A stretch of DNA of 48,354 bases from Spirochaetota bacterium (GCA_036795535.1 DAIREN010000002.1:1-48354); one strand, 5' to 3'. Positions 25,601-34,221 are shown, numbered from the stretch's first letter. Program-made: numbers and translations. The notes: generated by a model from the sequence alone, not told the origin.

Positions 25601-28478
25601 TGATCCTGACCGCATTGGCCCGTGAGAGGATGGCCAGGTTGGATTGCGAGAGGTTTTCGATCCTGAAGGTCAGTTCCTGCCAGCCGCCACCCTGGGGAAT
25701 GCTGGCCAGCGCAGGTTCCGTAAAACCGGCCGCCGGAAAGAGAACCGTCTCCTCGGTTGTCGACAACACCCCGTCCCCGTCCAGATCCTCGCCGTCGATG
25801 ACGCCATTTCCGGCATTCTTCCTTCCTCCACCGGGCCAGGTTGATTCCGCCCCGGCCGGAGTGAAGGCCCATCCGCCACTCCCGGCTGTTTCCTCACGGT
25901 CAAAAACGCCATCGCCATCGGCATCCTCATCCAGTCGGCCGATCTCGAAATGGATGGTGACCGGCGAGCCTGTCACATCCCCGTAGAGCGGATTCCCGTT
26001 CCCGTCAAATCCGCGCACACCCTGGTGCCGCAAGGAGAGCAAGAGCTGACTGATCCGGCTCAAGTCAAGCCCGCCGGCGCCGGCAATCGAACAAACAGCG
26101 TTCACCCAGGTACGCCCGCCGGAGAGGTCGTACTCCATCACAAGGGAATTCTCGCTGATTTCCGAAGTGCTCTCGTTCCGCCCACCGCCGGCCGTATACG
26201 GGCCTGGCTTGCGGGCATATCCATAGATCTGTGACGACGGAAGATTCCAGTTATAGCTCTCGAGGGAGTAGTCACCCGAAAGTCCATAGTCCCGATAATC
26301 CCGGTACAGCAGCCGGCCCCGCCCGGCCTGGGTCAAACCGCCGTTGACCGCCCGGGAGGGGGAGCCGGGCCACCACTTCTCCTCGGAACGGGTGATGGCG
26401 TAGCCCGTCACATCGGCTTCCATATCGGCAAAGATGGCCCGGTCAACCGTGTTCCGGTCATGAACGGAATATGCCGCCTCGGCCTCGATCCGGACCCGCC
26501 ACTCCGGCCGCTTGACACCGAACAATTTCATCAGATCGATCCTCGCATCCTGTGCAAGAATCATCTGCGAGTCGGGAGTGGCCACCGGCTGTGGCGCTCC
26601 GGTGGGCTTCTGCCCCCCCGAATAGAACAGGGATGTCCCAAATTCGAGGCCGTCCACAGGCCGGATATCGGCCCTGGTCCCGAAGAGCGTCCGCTGGAGG
26701 GAATTGCCGTAGGGTTTGTACTCGTAACTGACCCGGATCGTATCACTCTCACCCAGAGCAACGAGAAAGACGAGTTCGCCTGTCGTGTAATCGATGCGAT
26801 ACTCCCTGTCCCGTGTCTGGATCGCTCCGTTGAGATAGACCCGCTCACTCCCCAGCATGACATTGTAGCGCAACTGGAAGGAATCCACTCGGTGCAAAAA
26901 TGCCATCGAAATGGAATAGACCGAATCGCTCGCCTCGGGATCGTTCTGTGAATGATAGAGTATCTCCGGAACTCCGGGCTTCCCGTCAAAAGGCTCGAGG
27001 GCCTGGAACTCGAGCATCCCGTTTTCCGGGTTGAGCCGCCAGGCATCCGACTGAAACTGGACCTCACTGCTCCGCACTCCGTCGGCGGTTGTCACCACCG
27101 CCAATTCGAATCCCCGCGAGAGTTCGATATTCCTGTACCCGGTCAGATAGATGCCCTTTCGCTCGAACCGGGAGTAATACCCGACGCGCTTGAGGTAGAC
27201 AAAACTCCGTCCGAGATCCTGGACCCGTTCGTGCGCAGCCCAGGGAGGAGCCGGATGGGAGAGTCCCGGAGTGTCGCTCCCGCCCACCGTCCAGAGCGCA
27301 AGAAGGTTCTGGTCACGGGTGACCGGTTTGGCCAGATCGAGCTGCCCGCTCGACTGGTTGAATATATAATCTTTGCCCTCGACAAGAACCGTATACAGAC
27401 CGCCAGCAATCAGGAGGCTGCCGTTGGTGACGGTTGTTGTCAGGTAGAGCCGGAAGGAATTTTTGTCCAGCCCCGTATCCGGAATCCGGAAATAGCGATG
27501 CTTGACCCAGGAGGTATCGCGGAGCAGGACCTTCTGTTCGCTGCGCTGGCCCCTGAACTCCCTGGTCTCGCTGACACCCTTGGTCAGAGAGAGAACAGCC
27601 TGCATCCTGAAAAAATCGTTTTCCAGAGCGGCCTTGACCCCGAAGGCGGCTTTGGAGCCACCGGAGTACACGACGTATTTGCTTCCCGGCAGCGAGACAT
27701 CGATCGTGCCGGCCGCGATTTCCTTGAGTATTTCTTCCTTGGCACCTGTGTAGCGGATATCATAGTCGTTTTCACGGCGCATGGTATTGTGGTTGATATT
27801 GACACTGATGCGCGGCCCGATCGAACCCACCAGGTTGATGTCAAGATTCTGTGCCAGCCTGAAATCCCGCGCAACCTCAACCCGTTTGACATATTTCCCC
27901 TCCTGGAGGTTCTGGTCGACACTGTCGAATCCCCAGAGGGCCGTTATCTCCTGCTGTCCCCTGAGAACCAGGCGGACATCACTGCTGATATCCCAGCGCC
28001 AACCACCGGCGCGTCCGCCGGTCCTGTCGTCGATAAGCTTCTGGTCCGCATCCCTGGCATTCTCGCGGGCGAGACGCCAACCCTGGAAAAGATCATCACG
28101 ATAGCCGTTTCCGAGATCCCCGAACGGGTCCTCGAGCCGGTCCAGAATCCTCCCGCGCAGGACCCGGATCCGCATGCCTTCATCCAGCTCCGCCAGCAGG
28201 GAATCCGGACCAAGAAACGAAAACAACCGTGGCGGAGCATCGAGGCTCAAACCCGGGTTGGAGAGTCTCCGTTTGAGGATCTCAATGAGCCGCTCCTCAC
28301 GTGACAGGATCCGGGTTGCCTCGGCTGTCAATCCATCCAGATCGGCTGGAAGTAAAAAGTCGTACCCTGAATCGGGCAGGATCCCTGCTTCGAGCGGCAC
28401 GAAACAAAGGCACAGCAAAAGAACCGCAGCCAAAAAGCCGCGTCCGGAAATGCCAGGTCTTTCCGGGTACACGAACAT
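22644..28478 (-). CDS. Giant (1,944 aa) secreted outer-membrane beta-barrel protein, SprA-family (T9SS translocon-like)
   Basis: I start it at M40 of the track ORF because MFVYPERPGISGRGFLAAVLLLCLCFVPLEAG is a signal peptide and this avoids overlap with flgJ. The C-terminus GLKMQIRF ends in Phe, as OMPs do. Several blocks are colinear with my recollection of Flavobacterium SprA: LVGSIGPRISVNINHNT...IAAGTIDVSLPG...AAFGVKAAL...SLTKGVSETREF, LEPFDG, IDYTTGELVF...IRVSYEY, and IHFEIGRLDEDADGDGVFDREE. There are also Ca-binding-like DxDxDG repeats. Family assignment rests on memory, not a search. Confidence 0.6.
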   Translation of the reverse strand: MFVYPERPGISGRGFLAAVLLLCLCFVPLEAGILPDSGYDFLLPADLDGLTAEATRILSREERLIEILKRRLSNPGLSLDAPPRLFSFLGPDSLLAELDEGMRIRVLRGRILDRLEDPFGDLGNGYRDDLFQGWRLARENARDADQKLIDDRTGGRAGGWRWDISSDVRLVLRGQQEITALWGFDSVDQNLQEGKYVKRVEVARDFRLAQNLDINLVGSIGPRISVNINHNTMRRENDYDIRYTGAKEEILKEIAAGTIDVSLPGSKYVVYSGGSKAAFGVKAALENDFFRMQAVLSLTKGVSETREFRGQRSEQKVLLRDTSWVKHRYFRIPDTGLDKNSFRLYLTTTVTNGSLLIAGGLYTVLVEGKDYIFNQSSGQLDLAKPVTRDQNLLALWTVGGSDTPGLSHPAPPWAAHERVQDLGRSFVYLKRVGYYSRFERKGIYLTGYRNIELSRGFELAVVTTADGVRSSEVQFQSDAWRLNPENGMLEFQALEPFDGKPGVPEILYHSQNDPEASDSVYSISMAFLHRVDSFQLRYNVMLGSERVYLNGAIQTRDREYRIDYTTGELVFLVALGESDTIRVSYEYKPYGNSLQRTLFGTRADIRPVDGLEFGTSLFYSGGQKPTGAPQPVATPDSQMILAQDARIDLMKLFGVKRPEWRVRIEAEAAYSVHDRNTVDRAIFADMEADVTGYAITRSEEKWWPGSPSRAVNGGLTQAGRGRLLYRDYRDYGLSGDYSLESYNWNLPSSQIYGYARKPGPYTAGGGRNESTSEISENSLVMEYDLSGGRTWVNAVCSIAGAGGLDLSRISQLLLSLRHQGVRGFDGNGNPLYGDVTGSPVTIHFEIGRLDEDADGDGVFDREETAGSGGWAFTPAGAESTWPGGGRKNAGNGVIDGEDLDGDGVLSTTEETVLFPAAGFTEPALASIPQGGGWQELTFRIENLSQSNLAILSRANAVRITITGAGGERGRLLIDRAWFKGSTWDVLRIDDTVVPDRTLPAFSASVISTRENSEYRDNRIFREYRDDFEDLHGTMSNTEESEFNEKALQLQWNLSNMPRDSGGTGSFGSVTRVYNTTLDFSFYRKMVLYMFVKEKAGDTNEAFVFRLGNSDDRYYQWRIPLTSLEKAGEAVSAGRKKWHKLEFDLDPGTTGDRFVVRKDGVILARATTSPKKPNLREVTRATVGVDTTGSLLPDNRGELWVNEGHLADDVTKSGTAFSLRGDIVSPDKPLVEIWGIPLVGPVSARFDLDAVTSGFRSIGQQGEDLASRMANTSARFSILGGLDMSLQYSDETRRSDTDEARTPLTLQHATTNRTWRHTIGWSVPKGYFPSLEHTYTRSVQRNVTHVIDSTTNLVETLADVLKKQYSESAGVTLGGRLPAGFTWKWLASDSLFISDSSRQTNGVAGSWYTNAATTATATWNRKESLSLIWGADNFLGINRSQAQVSLTTFAERERYDSTRSRDGMRDLIRTYDMMGPMEAWAERTASLLSGMGRIGDSVGGTNIGAIGEGMNYTAAFRNLGFLSLTASFSRSARDANFVRMLLPAGQTNYVHANNDTTTAKSQYGLVLAFPEFPLRSLSLDLSRDLSYSQTAGQMGESQIWRELDGVFMSQPFSGSDVLGLGSRHAALDDVSRLKDEGNSYLSISHRIALSLRLDYGETLFADFLPADWQLTETQNTARNLMSYVQNRQRSLSFNKNFPLKKLGFWLFDEASSPGKSVQDLALKMQIGRSWDYNTKQVSDTLAASLGFNVNWNRSTTMALAWEVTRSRTEQFLVAGDAGYEYMGLGADSGDGRGDSFGDLEELAGGKAPAITEVPGLTKWDHGIRFDIGFQTKHSGTLEIFRLKIPIDTEWKHMNEVLIRFSTSEYDRNREGRYNFSEIFERTFYLRLKHSIDYDFTSNWNGVLHLAFVFERWRLVLPSSDGFALNEDDFGLSFGFEVGLKMQIRF

Positions 28479-28533
28479 GCCGTCAGAAATCCTCCCTGCT
28501 GCCCGCGTGAACCGGTGTCCCTCGCTGACGAAT

Positions 28534-28911
28534 TTACACCCACTTCTTCCCGCCGGTAAGCTGGGCATAGATCGTTTTCGAGAGGCCGAAATCACCGTTG
28601 CGGCTCATGCTGTCCGCATATTGATCATACAGCATGTCGGTAAAGATCTCCTCCGCATTGCCTCCATCGATGAAGCCGCTCTTCTCGATGGATTTTCGCA
28701 TCACGGTAATCATCTGTTTGACCAGGAGTCCTTCCATCTGTTGACAACTCTGTTTGAGTTTGGCATCCTGGGAGGGATCGTTGGCCAGCATCCGGGCAAA
28801 CGTACTCTCCCCGGATTTTCCCTGTCCCGCAAGCTGTCCCGCCCTTTCAAGCGTCGACGCATTCCGGGCACCTGACACGGCAAGCTGCGTTTTGGCCGAG
28901 ATGTCGATCAT
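28534..28911 (-). CDS. flgJ: Flagellar rod-binding protein (FlgJ N-terminal domain only, no hydrolase domain)
   Basis: 125 aa with QMEGLLVKQMITVMRKS and FTDMLYDQYADSMSRNGDFGLSKTIYAQL, typical of the rod-binding domain. GGGGGGAG ribosome-binding site upstream. Follows flgI. Confidence 0.8.
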   Translation of the reverse strand: MIDISAKTQLAVSGARNASTLERAGQLAGQGKSGESTFARMLANDPSQDAKLKQSCQQMEGLLVKQMITVMRKSIEKSGFIDGGNAEEIFTDMLYDQYADSMSRNGDFGLSKTIYAQLTGGKKWV

Positions 28912-28922
28912 GCTCCCCCCCC

Positions 28923-29927
28923 TTACATCACGATGAGGCGCGCCTTCAAGGCGCCCGATTTTTCGATGGCCTGCAGGATATTGATGATGTCCGTGGCCCG
29001 CGCTCCGATCTGGTTCAGTCCATCCACGAGACTCTTGACGTCAGCCGACGAGAGCATGAAGGAATTCCCGATCTTCGCATCGCTGTAATTTCCTACGGTG
29101 ATGCGGATCCCGTTGTACGAAACGGCCACAGTCCCGATCCGGACATTCTCCCCCATGACAACCGTGCCCGACTTCCCGTCAACCACCACCCGGGCCGGAG
29201 TATCGCACTCGATCTCGATCGTCTCGAGCGTGGCGATGAATCCGACGGGATTGTCTTTATAGCTGTCGGGAATCGTGACCGAGATACTGGTCGGATCCTC
29301 GACACGGTAGACAAGTCCCGAGAATTTTTTTGCCAGAGCCTTGCCTATATTGTCCATGGTCGAAAAATCGCGGTCATGGATGCTCAGTCTGACGGTGTTG
29401 TTTTCGTAGAAGGTGGCCGGAACACTGCGCTCCACGAGCGCTCCTTTGGGAATCCCGCCGGAGGCGGTCGTCGTCTCCGAACTCCCCCCGACCAAGACCT
29501 GCCCTTGGGCTACGGCATAGACCGCACCATTGGCCGCTTTGAGGGGTGTCTGGAGGAGAATCCCTCCCGTCAAGGAGCGTGCATCAGCGAGACTGGCTAC
29601 CGTCACATCGATCCTGTCTCCCTCACGCGAGAAGGGATTGATTGTGGCGGTCACTATCACCACGGCACTGTTGGCAGCCTGGAGTTCCTGGTCACCGAAA
29701 CTGACCCCGAGATTCCCCAAAAGTGTCCGGATCGTTTGTCTGGTCAGGGCTGAGCGGGCGGAATCACCCTTTCCGCCGAGACCAACGACCAGCCCGTATC
29801 CGATCAACTGGTTGTCACGCATCCCGCGAACGGTAGCGATATCCTTGATCCGGGCAGAGACGGCCCCGGCCAGACTGGCAACCGGAAGCAGGAGGGCGAG
29901 CAAACCTGTCACAAGACGCTTACCCAT
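28923..29927 (-). CDS. flgI: Flagellar P-ring protein FlgI
   Basis: Signal peptide MGKRLVTGLLALLLPVASLAG followed by RIKDIATVRGMRDNQLIGYGLVVGLGGKGD. The ATG at 29927 overlaps the flgA stop by 8 nt (ATGGGTAA). Confidence 0.93.
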   Translation of the reverse strand: MGKRLVTGLLALLLPVASLAGAVSARIKDIATVRGMRDNQLIGYGLVVGLGGKGDSARSALTRQTIRTLLGNLGVSFGDQELQAANSAVVIVTATINPFSREGDRIDVTVASLADARSLTGGILLQTPLKAANGAVYAVAQGQVLVGGSSETTTASGGIPKGALVERSVPATFYENNTVRLSIHDRDFSTMDNIGKALAKKFSGLVYRVEDPTSISVTIPDSYKDNPVGFIATLETIEIECDTPARVVVDGKSGTVVMGENVRIGTVAVSYNGIRITVGNYSDAKIGNSFMLSSADVKSLVDGLNQIGARATDIINILQAIEKSGALKARLIVM

Positions 29928-30849
29928 CAGCGTACACCTTTCCCCGTTCTGCACGGATCACCGCCCTGAACTCACGGGCCGTATGCGGGTTGCGCAGCCG
30001 GATCACATCCCCGACCCGACCATCCTCGAGGGCTTCGGAGGGGACCTCGATCCGCACCCCGTTTCCCGTCCAGACGACATCCAGGCGCATGCCCCGTCTC
30101 ACAACCAAAGGTTTTTCGAGATGATCCGGGGTAATCCGCGCACCCTCCTGAATGTCGGTCAAAAGTCGTCGTCCCTTGACATCAACCAGGTGTACCTGGC
30201 TGGCCGGATCGCCCACATCATCCACCGGCTGCAAGCGGACATCCTCGGGCCTGAGGACTGTTCCCCGAAAACAAGCCGTGGCGGCAACAAGCACCCGTCC
30301 CGGGATCCTGATACGCCCATGGAGTGCCAGCGAAGCGAGTTCATGCCCGTCACGGGAAAACACCAGGCGCCCCTTCCAGGGACCGCTCTGGAGGACAGAC
30401 TCAAAGCCCATGACCTCCATGTGGACTGGGGGACCGGGGAATTCCCGGGTCGCCGGAAGCAGGCCCGGATCGAGATCCAGGACAGCCTCCGGATTTTTGG
30501 CCTGTAGACCTGTCCGGATCCGGGCCAGCATCGCCTCGCGACCGATGCTCACACTGATACGGTTGATCCGGACGCTGGAACCGACCAGATAGAGCGGTCC
30601 GGCGTGCACACCACGAACCACGTCCAGAATTTCGGCATACTGCAGGACCCGTGTCAGCTCATGCTCCGCAAGCCGGACCACGACCAGACCGCGCAGGCCT
30701 TCGCCACCCTCCCCATCGAGACTGGCGATCTCTCCGAGGGTCACCTCCGCCCCACTCACTCGGGCGGACTCCAAGAGGCGCACCTCGAGCCCGGAAAGTC
30801 CCCGGCTGCCAATACACAGGAAGAGAATCAGGAGGAGGCCGCGCCGCAT
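29920..30849 (-). CDS. flgA: Flagellar P-ring assembly chaperone FlgA
   Basis: Signal peptide MRRGLLLILFLCIG, a SAF-like region, and C-terminal GDVIRLRNPHTAREFRAVIRAERGKVY. The ATG at 30849 is 4 nt after the flgG stop. Confidence 0.8.
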   Translation of the reverse strand: MRRGLLLILFLCIGSRGLSGLEVRLLESARVSGAEVTLGEIASLDGEGGEGLRGLVVVRLAEHELTRVLQYAEILDVVRGVHAGPLYLVGSSVRINRISVSIGREAMLARIRTGLQAKNPEAVLDLDPGLLPATREFPGPPVHMEVMGFESVLQSGPWKGRLVFSRDGHELASLALHGRIRIPGRVLVAATACFRGTVLRPEDVRLQPVDDVGDPASQVHLVDVKGRRLLTDIQEGARITPDHLEKPLVVRRGMRLDVVWTGNGVRIEVPSEALEDGRVGDVIRLRNPHTAREFRAVIRAERGKVYADG

Positions 30850-30853
30850 GGTC

Positions 30854-31651
30854 TTACCGCTTGAGGGAGGTCGCTGTTCCAAGCATCGAATCCGATGTCT
30901 GGATCGCTTTGGAGTTCATCTCATAGGCACGCTGGGCGACGATCATGTTGACCATCTCCTCGACGACCTTGACGTTGGACATTTCCAGAAAGCCCTGCTG
31001 GAGCTTGCCCATCCCCCGGTATCCCGGTCGCCCGGCAATGGCCGGCCCGGACGCTTCCGTTTCCTTGACGAGGTTCTCACCGATATTCTTGAGCCCGGCC
31101 GCATTGACAAAACGGTACAACTCGATGCCGCGACCGACGGGGATGTCTGTGTCACTCCCGCCAACCTTACAGGTGACCTGTCCATCCTGGGTGATGCTGA
31201 TCGACTCAGGAAGGAAGCCCGTGGGGAAGATCAGGGGCGGTTCGAGGCGATACCCGTTGTGCGTGACGACCTGCCCGTTTGAATCGACCTTGAAAGCGCC
31301 ATCTCGGGTGTATCCGATACTCCCGTCATAGAGCTGGATCCTGAAAAAGCCCTCGCCCTCGAGCGCGATATCGAGCTTGTTCCCGGTATTCTGCAGGGAG
31401 CCCTGGCTGTACATCTTTTGGGTAGCGGCCACCTTGACGCCGTGTCCGACCTGGATCCCGGTCGGGACCTGGGTGTCGAGGGAGGACGGCGTTCCGGCCA
31501 GACGCTCCTTTTGGTAGAGGAGGTCCTCAAAATCAGCACGTCCCTTTTTGAACCCGGTCGTGTTGACGTTGGAAAGGTTGTGGGAAATCGTGTCGATGTT
31601 GAACTGCTGCGCATGCATCCCGGATGCAGCCGTCCAGAGTGAACGCATCAT
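30854..31651 (-). CDS. flgG: Flagellar distal rod protein FlgG
   Basis: MMRSLWTAASGMHAQQFNIDTISHNLSNVNTTGFKK at the N-terminus and VNMIVAQRAYEMNSKAIQTSDSML near the C-terminus. 265 aa. Confidence 0.93.
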   Translation of the reverse strand: MMRSLWTAASGMHAQQFNIDTISHNLSNVNTTGFKKGRADFEDLLYQKERLAGTPSSLDTQVPTGIQVGHGVKVAATQKMYSQGSLQNTGNKLDIALEGEGFFRIQLYDGSIGYTRDGAFKVDSNGQVVTHNGYRLEPPLIFPTGFLPESISITQDGQVTCKVGGSDTDIPVGRGIELYRFVNAAGLKNIGENLVKETEASGPAIAGRPGYRGMGKLQQGFLEMSNVKVVEEMVNMIVAQRAYEMNSKAIQTSDSMLGTATSLKR

Positions 31652-31774
31652 AAGCGTCTCCTTGTGTTGGGCACATGGCCCGGCATCTCGCGGGCTCCCG
31701 GCGTCCCCGGGAATCCCCCTCTTGCGCGGCCTCCCCGGTCAAGGAGTCCAGCCGCAAAACCTGTTCACTGCCTG

Positions 31775-32620
31775 TTACAGACGCGCCACATCATTCACCA
31801 GTCTCTGCAGGAGCTGATCATGCGACTGGATCGATTTGTGACTGGCCTCGTACGAACGCTGGACCTCGATCATGCGGACCATCTCAGCCACGGCATTCAC
31901 GTTAGAGGCTTCAAGAAACCCCTGCTGGATCTTCGGCCGGCCGTCCGCCACCTCGACCGCCGGTCCCGAATACTTGGTCTCTCGATAGAACGAATCGCCC
32001 TGCTTTTCGAGATAGCGCAGATTTTCGAAATTCACGACCCTGAGGCGATCCAGTTTTTCCGTCCGCTTCCACTCGTTCTGGTCATCATTGGTCAGACGGG
32101 TCCGCTCATCCTGCTCGTCCATGTTGACGATCACGTTCCCGTCCTGGTCGATCTGGAAGTTGAACTCCTTGAGCATCAGAGGTCCCTTTTCACCGAGAAC
32201 CTTGTACCCGTCCTTGGTGACCAGAAATCCCTCGCGATCGATGAGAAACGAACCGTTGCGTGTGTAGCGCTCGCCGGCCGGGGTATCAATCACAAAAAAA
32301 CCGTTTCCGTCGAGGGCCAGATCGAACTTGTTGCCCGTCTGCTTGAGTGCGCCCTGTTCATGCCGGGTATAGGCTTCGTTCATCTCGACACCGGTCCCGA
32401 TCTTGCCCACAATCGGCGCCACATCGTACGAACCGATCGGGAGTTTGACCACGCCGTCATCGTTCATCCGGCTGATAAGCATCTCCGGGAAAGCCTTGAA
32501 GATCGCCGTATCGTACTTGTACCCGGTTTTGTCGACATTCGCCAGGTTGTTCGAGACGGTGTCCATGCGGTGCATCTCGGCAATCATTCCGGCAGCACCG
32601 GTATAGATTCCTCGTACCAT
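31775..32620 (-). CDS. flgF: Flagellar proximal rod protein (FlgF or a FlgG paralogue)
   Basis: MVRGIYTGAAGMIAEMHRMDTVSNNLANVDKTGYK at the N-terminus and MVRMIEVQRSYEASHKSIQSHDQLL near the C-terminus. ATG at 32620 with AAGGAAAG upstream. Confidence 0.85.
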   Translation of the reverse strand: MVRGIYTGAAGMIAEMHRMDTVSNNLANVDKTGYKYDTAIFKAFPEMLISRMNDDGVVKLPIGSYDVAPIVGKIGTGVEMNEAYTRHEQGALKQTGNKFDLALDGNGFFVIDTPAGERYTRNGSFLIDREGFLVTKDGYKVLGEKGPLMLKEFNFQIDQDGNVIVNMDEQDERTRLTNDDQNEWKRTEKLDRLRVVNFENLRYLEKQGDSFYRETKYSGPAVEVADGRPKIQQGFLEASNVNAVAEMVRMIEVQRSYEASHKSIQSHDQLLQRLVNDVARL

Positions 32621-32664
32621 GCCATTCTTTCCTTTCCGGCTGAACACCCTCAGCCCTTGTCATG

Positions 32665-32687
32665 CCCGTCCCCTCTCCGGAGACGGG
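32665..32687 (-). promoter_or_regulatory. GC-rich stem-loop between murA and flgF
   Basis: Minus strand CCCGTCTCC-GGAGA-GGGGACGGG forms a 9-bp stem including one G-U pair. It starts 6 nt after the murA stop and has no U-tract after it. Confidence 0.35.
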
Positions 32688-32693
32688 AATCGT

Positions 32694-33962
32694 TCACGAT
32701 TGGTCCTTGACCCTGGTGATTCGTGCTCCGAGCGCCATCAATTTCTCTTCCAGCTTCTCGTAGCCCCTGTCAACGTGGTAGATCCGTCGCACCAGACTGG
32801 TCCCCTCGGCCGCCAGGGCCGCGACCACAAGGGCCGCACCGGCCCTGAGGTCGGACGCCATCACCGGGGCGCCTTCCAGTTTCGGAACGCCACGCACCAC
32901 GGCCGTCTGGCCCTCAAGCCGGATATCGGCACCCATCCGGTTGAGCTCCGCCACGTGGATGAACCGTTCGGGGTAGATCTTCTCGGTGATGACCGAGGTT
33001 CCTTCGGCATGCGCCAGCACAGCCATCATCTGGGCCTGCATATCGGTCGGATAGCCCGGGTAGGGCAGGGTTTCAAAATCCACCGGATGGATCTTCGATC
33101 CGGCACGCAGCCGGATTCCGGCCTGATCCGCCACGATATCCATCCCCGCCCGCCGGAAGGTCTCCAGGACGATCCCCAGGTGCGCAGGATCGGCCCCGCG
33201 GACAAGGACATCCCCGCCGGTGCAGGCGGCCGCAGCCAGGAGGGTCCCGGCCTCGATCCGGTCCGGAATGATCCGGTAGCGGCAACCATGCAACCGGGGA
33301 ACGCCGGTTATGGTCAAGGTGGTCGTTCCGATCCCTTCTATTCTTGCGCCCATGGCCACCAAAAAATGACAGGCATCCACGACCTCGGGTTCAATCGCGG
33401 CCGACTGGATGACGGTCACTCCGTCCGCCAGGGCGGCCGCCATCATCACGTTGTCCGTGGCCAGCACCGAAGAGCCGGCCGAACCGGCCAGGTACATCGT
33501 GGCGCCCTTGAGCTTGGGAGAGCAGGCATGCACATATCCATGGGTGATCTCGATCTCCGCCCCCAGGGCTTCAAGACCCTTGAGGTGGAGGTCGATCGGA
33601 CGGGCGCCGATGGCACATCCGCCGGGGAAGGAAACCCGGGCCTCGCCTTCTTTGGCGAGAAGTGGTCCCAGGACCGAGATGGAAGCGCGCATGGTGCTGA
33701 CGAGCTCGTACGGGGCTTCGGTGGAGGTCACCCGCCCGGCGTGGACGATGACATCGCCCCCCCTGCGTTCGACCTTGCGCCCAAGCATCTCGAGCAACCG
33801 GAGCATGGTCCGGACGTCCCTCAGATCGGGGACGTTTTCGATGATGCACTCGTCATCCGTCAGGAGACAGCCTGCAAGAATGGGCAATGATGAATTTTTC
33901 GAACCGGCTGCGGCTGTTTCACCCGCAATCCGAACCGGTCCCTCGATGCTGAATGCGTCCAT
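32694..33962 (-). CDS. murA: UDP-N-acetylglucosamine 1-carboxyvinyltransferase
   Basis: 422 aa from the ATG at 33962. MDAFSIEGPVRIAGETAAAGSKNSSLPILAGCLL matches the canonical MurA N-terminus, and the active-site region includes PGGCAIGARPIDLHLKGL. Confidence 0.95.
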   Translation of the reverse strand: MDAFSIEGPVRIAGETAAAGSKNSSLPILAGCLLTDDECIIENVPDLRDVRTMLRLLEMLGRKVERRGGDVIVHAGRVTSTEAPYELVSTMRASISVLGPLLAKEGEARVSFPGGCAIGARPIDLHLKGLEALGAEIEITHGYVHACSPKLKGATMYLAGSAGSSVLATDNVMMAAALADGVTVIQSAAIEPEVVDACHFLVAMGARIEGIGTTTLTITGVPRLHGCRYRIIPDRIEAGTLLAAAACTGGDVLVRGADPAHLGIVLETFRRAGMDIVADQAGIRLRAGSKIHPVDFETLPYPGYPTDMQAQMMAVLAHAEGTSVITEKIYPERFIHVAELNRMGADIRLEGQTAVVRGVPKLEGAPVMASDLRAGAALVVAALAAEGTSLVRRIYHVDRGYEKLEEKLMALGARITRVKDQS

Positions 33963-34221
33963 GGTTCCCGTCGTACCCCGTTTGTCTGAGTCTGCCCTGT
34001 TAGCATCGGCGCTCCGGAAAAAAACTTGATTGCCGGGCGGGGGGAATCGCAGTGATGATCCTGCAGGGAGAGTGCAGGTTTTCGGAATTTGTATGCGACA
34101 CCCCACCTCCTGCTCCGGTCGATGGTGCCATCAGAAGAGTCGTCTCCCTTCACTCCTTCAAAATGGGCGCCAACCAGACAGACTTTTCCGTACCGCACGC
34201 ATCCTGCCGGGAACATCGCTC

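Noticed and set aside
26952-28304. 450-aa plus-strand ORF, with others at 24447-25475 and 22770-23297, antisense to the giant SprA-like gene.
   Set aside because: The minus-strand frame is uninterrupted for 5.8 kb and has a signal peptide, family-like blocks and an OMP terminus. The plus-strand products are Arg/Pro/Gly-rich with no domain features.
22644-28478. Alternative identities for the giant protein: LptD, BamA/TamA, TamB/AsmA, an autotransporter or RHS/adhesin.
   Set aside because: It is too large for LptD or BamA and shows no POTRA-like repeats. It lacks the N-terminal anchor and uniform beta-taco pattern of TamB. It has no passenger or translocator split and no RHS/YD repeats. The colinear SprA-like blocks fit better, although this is still unverified.
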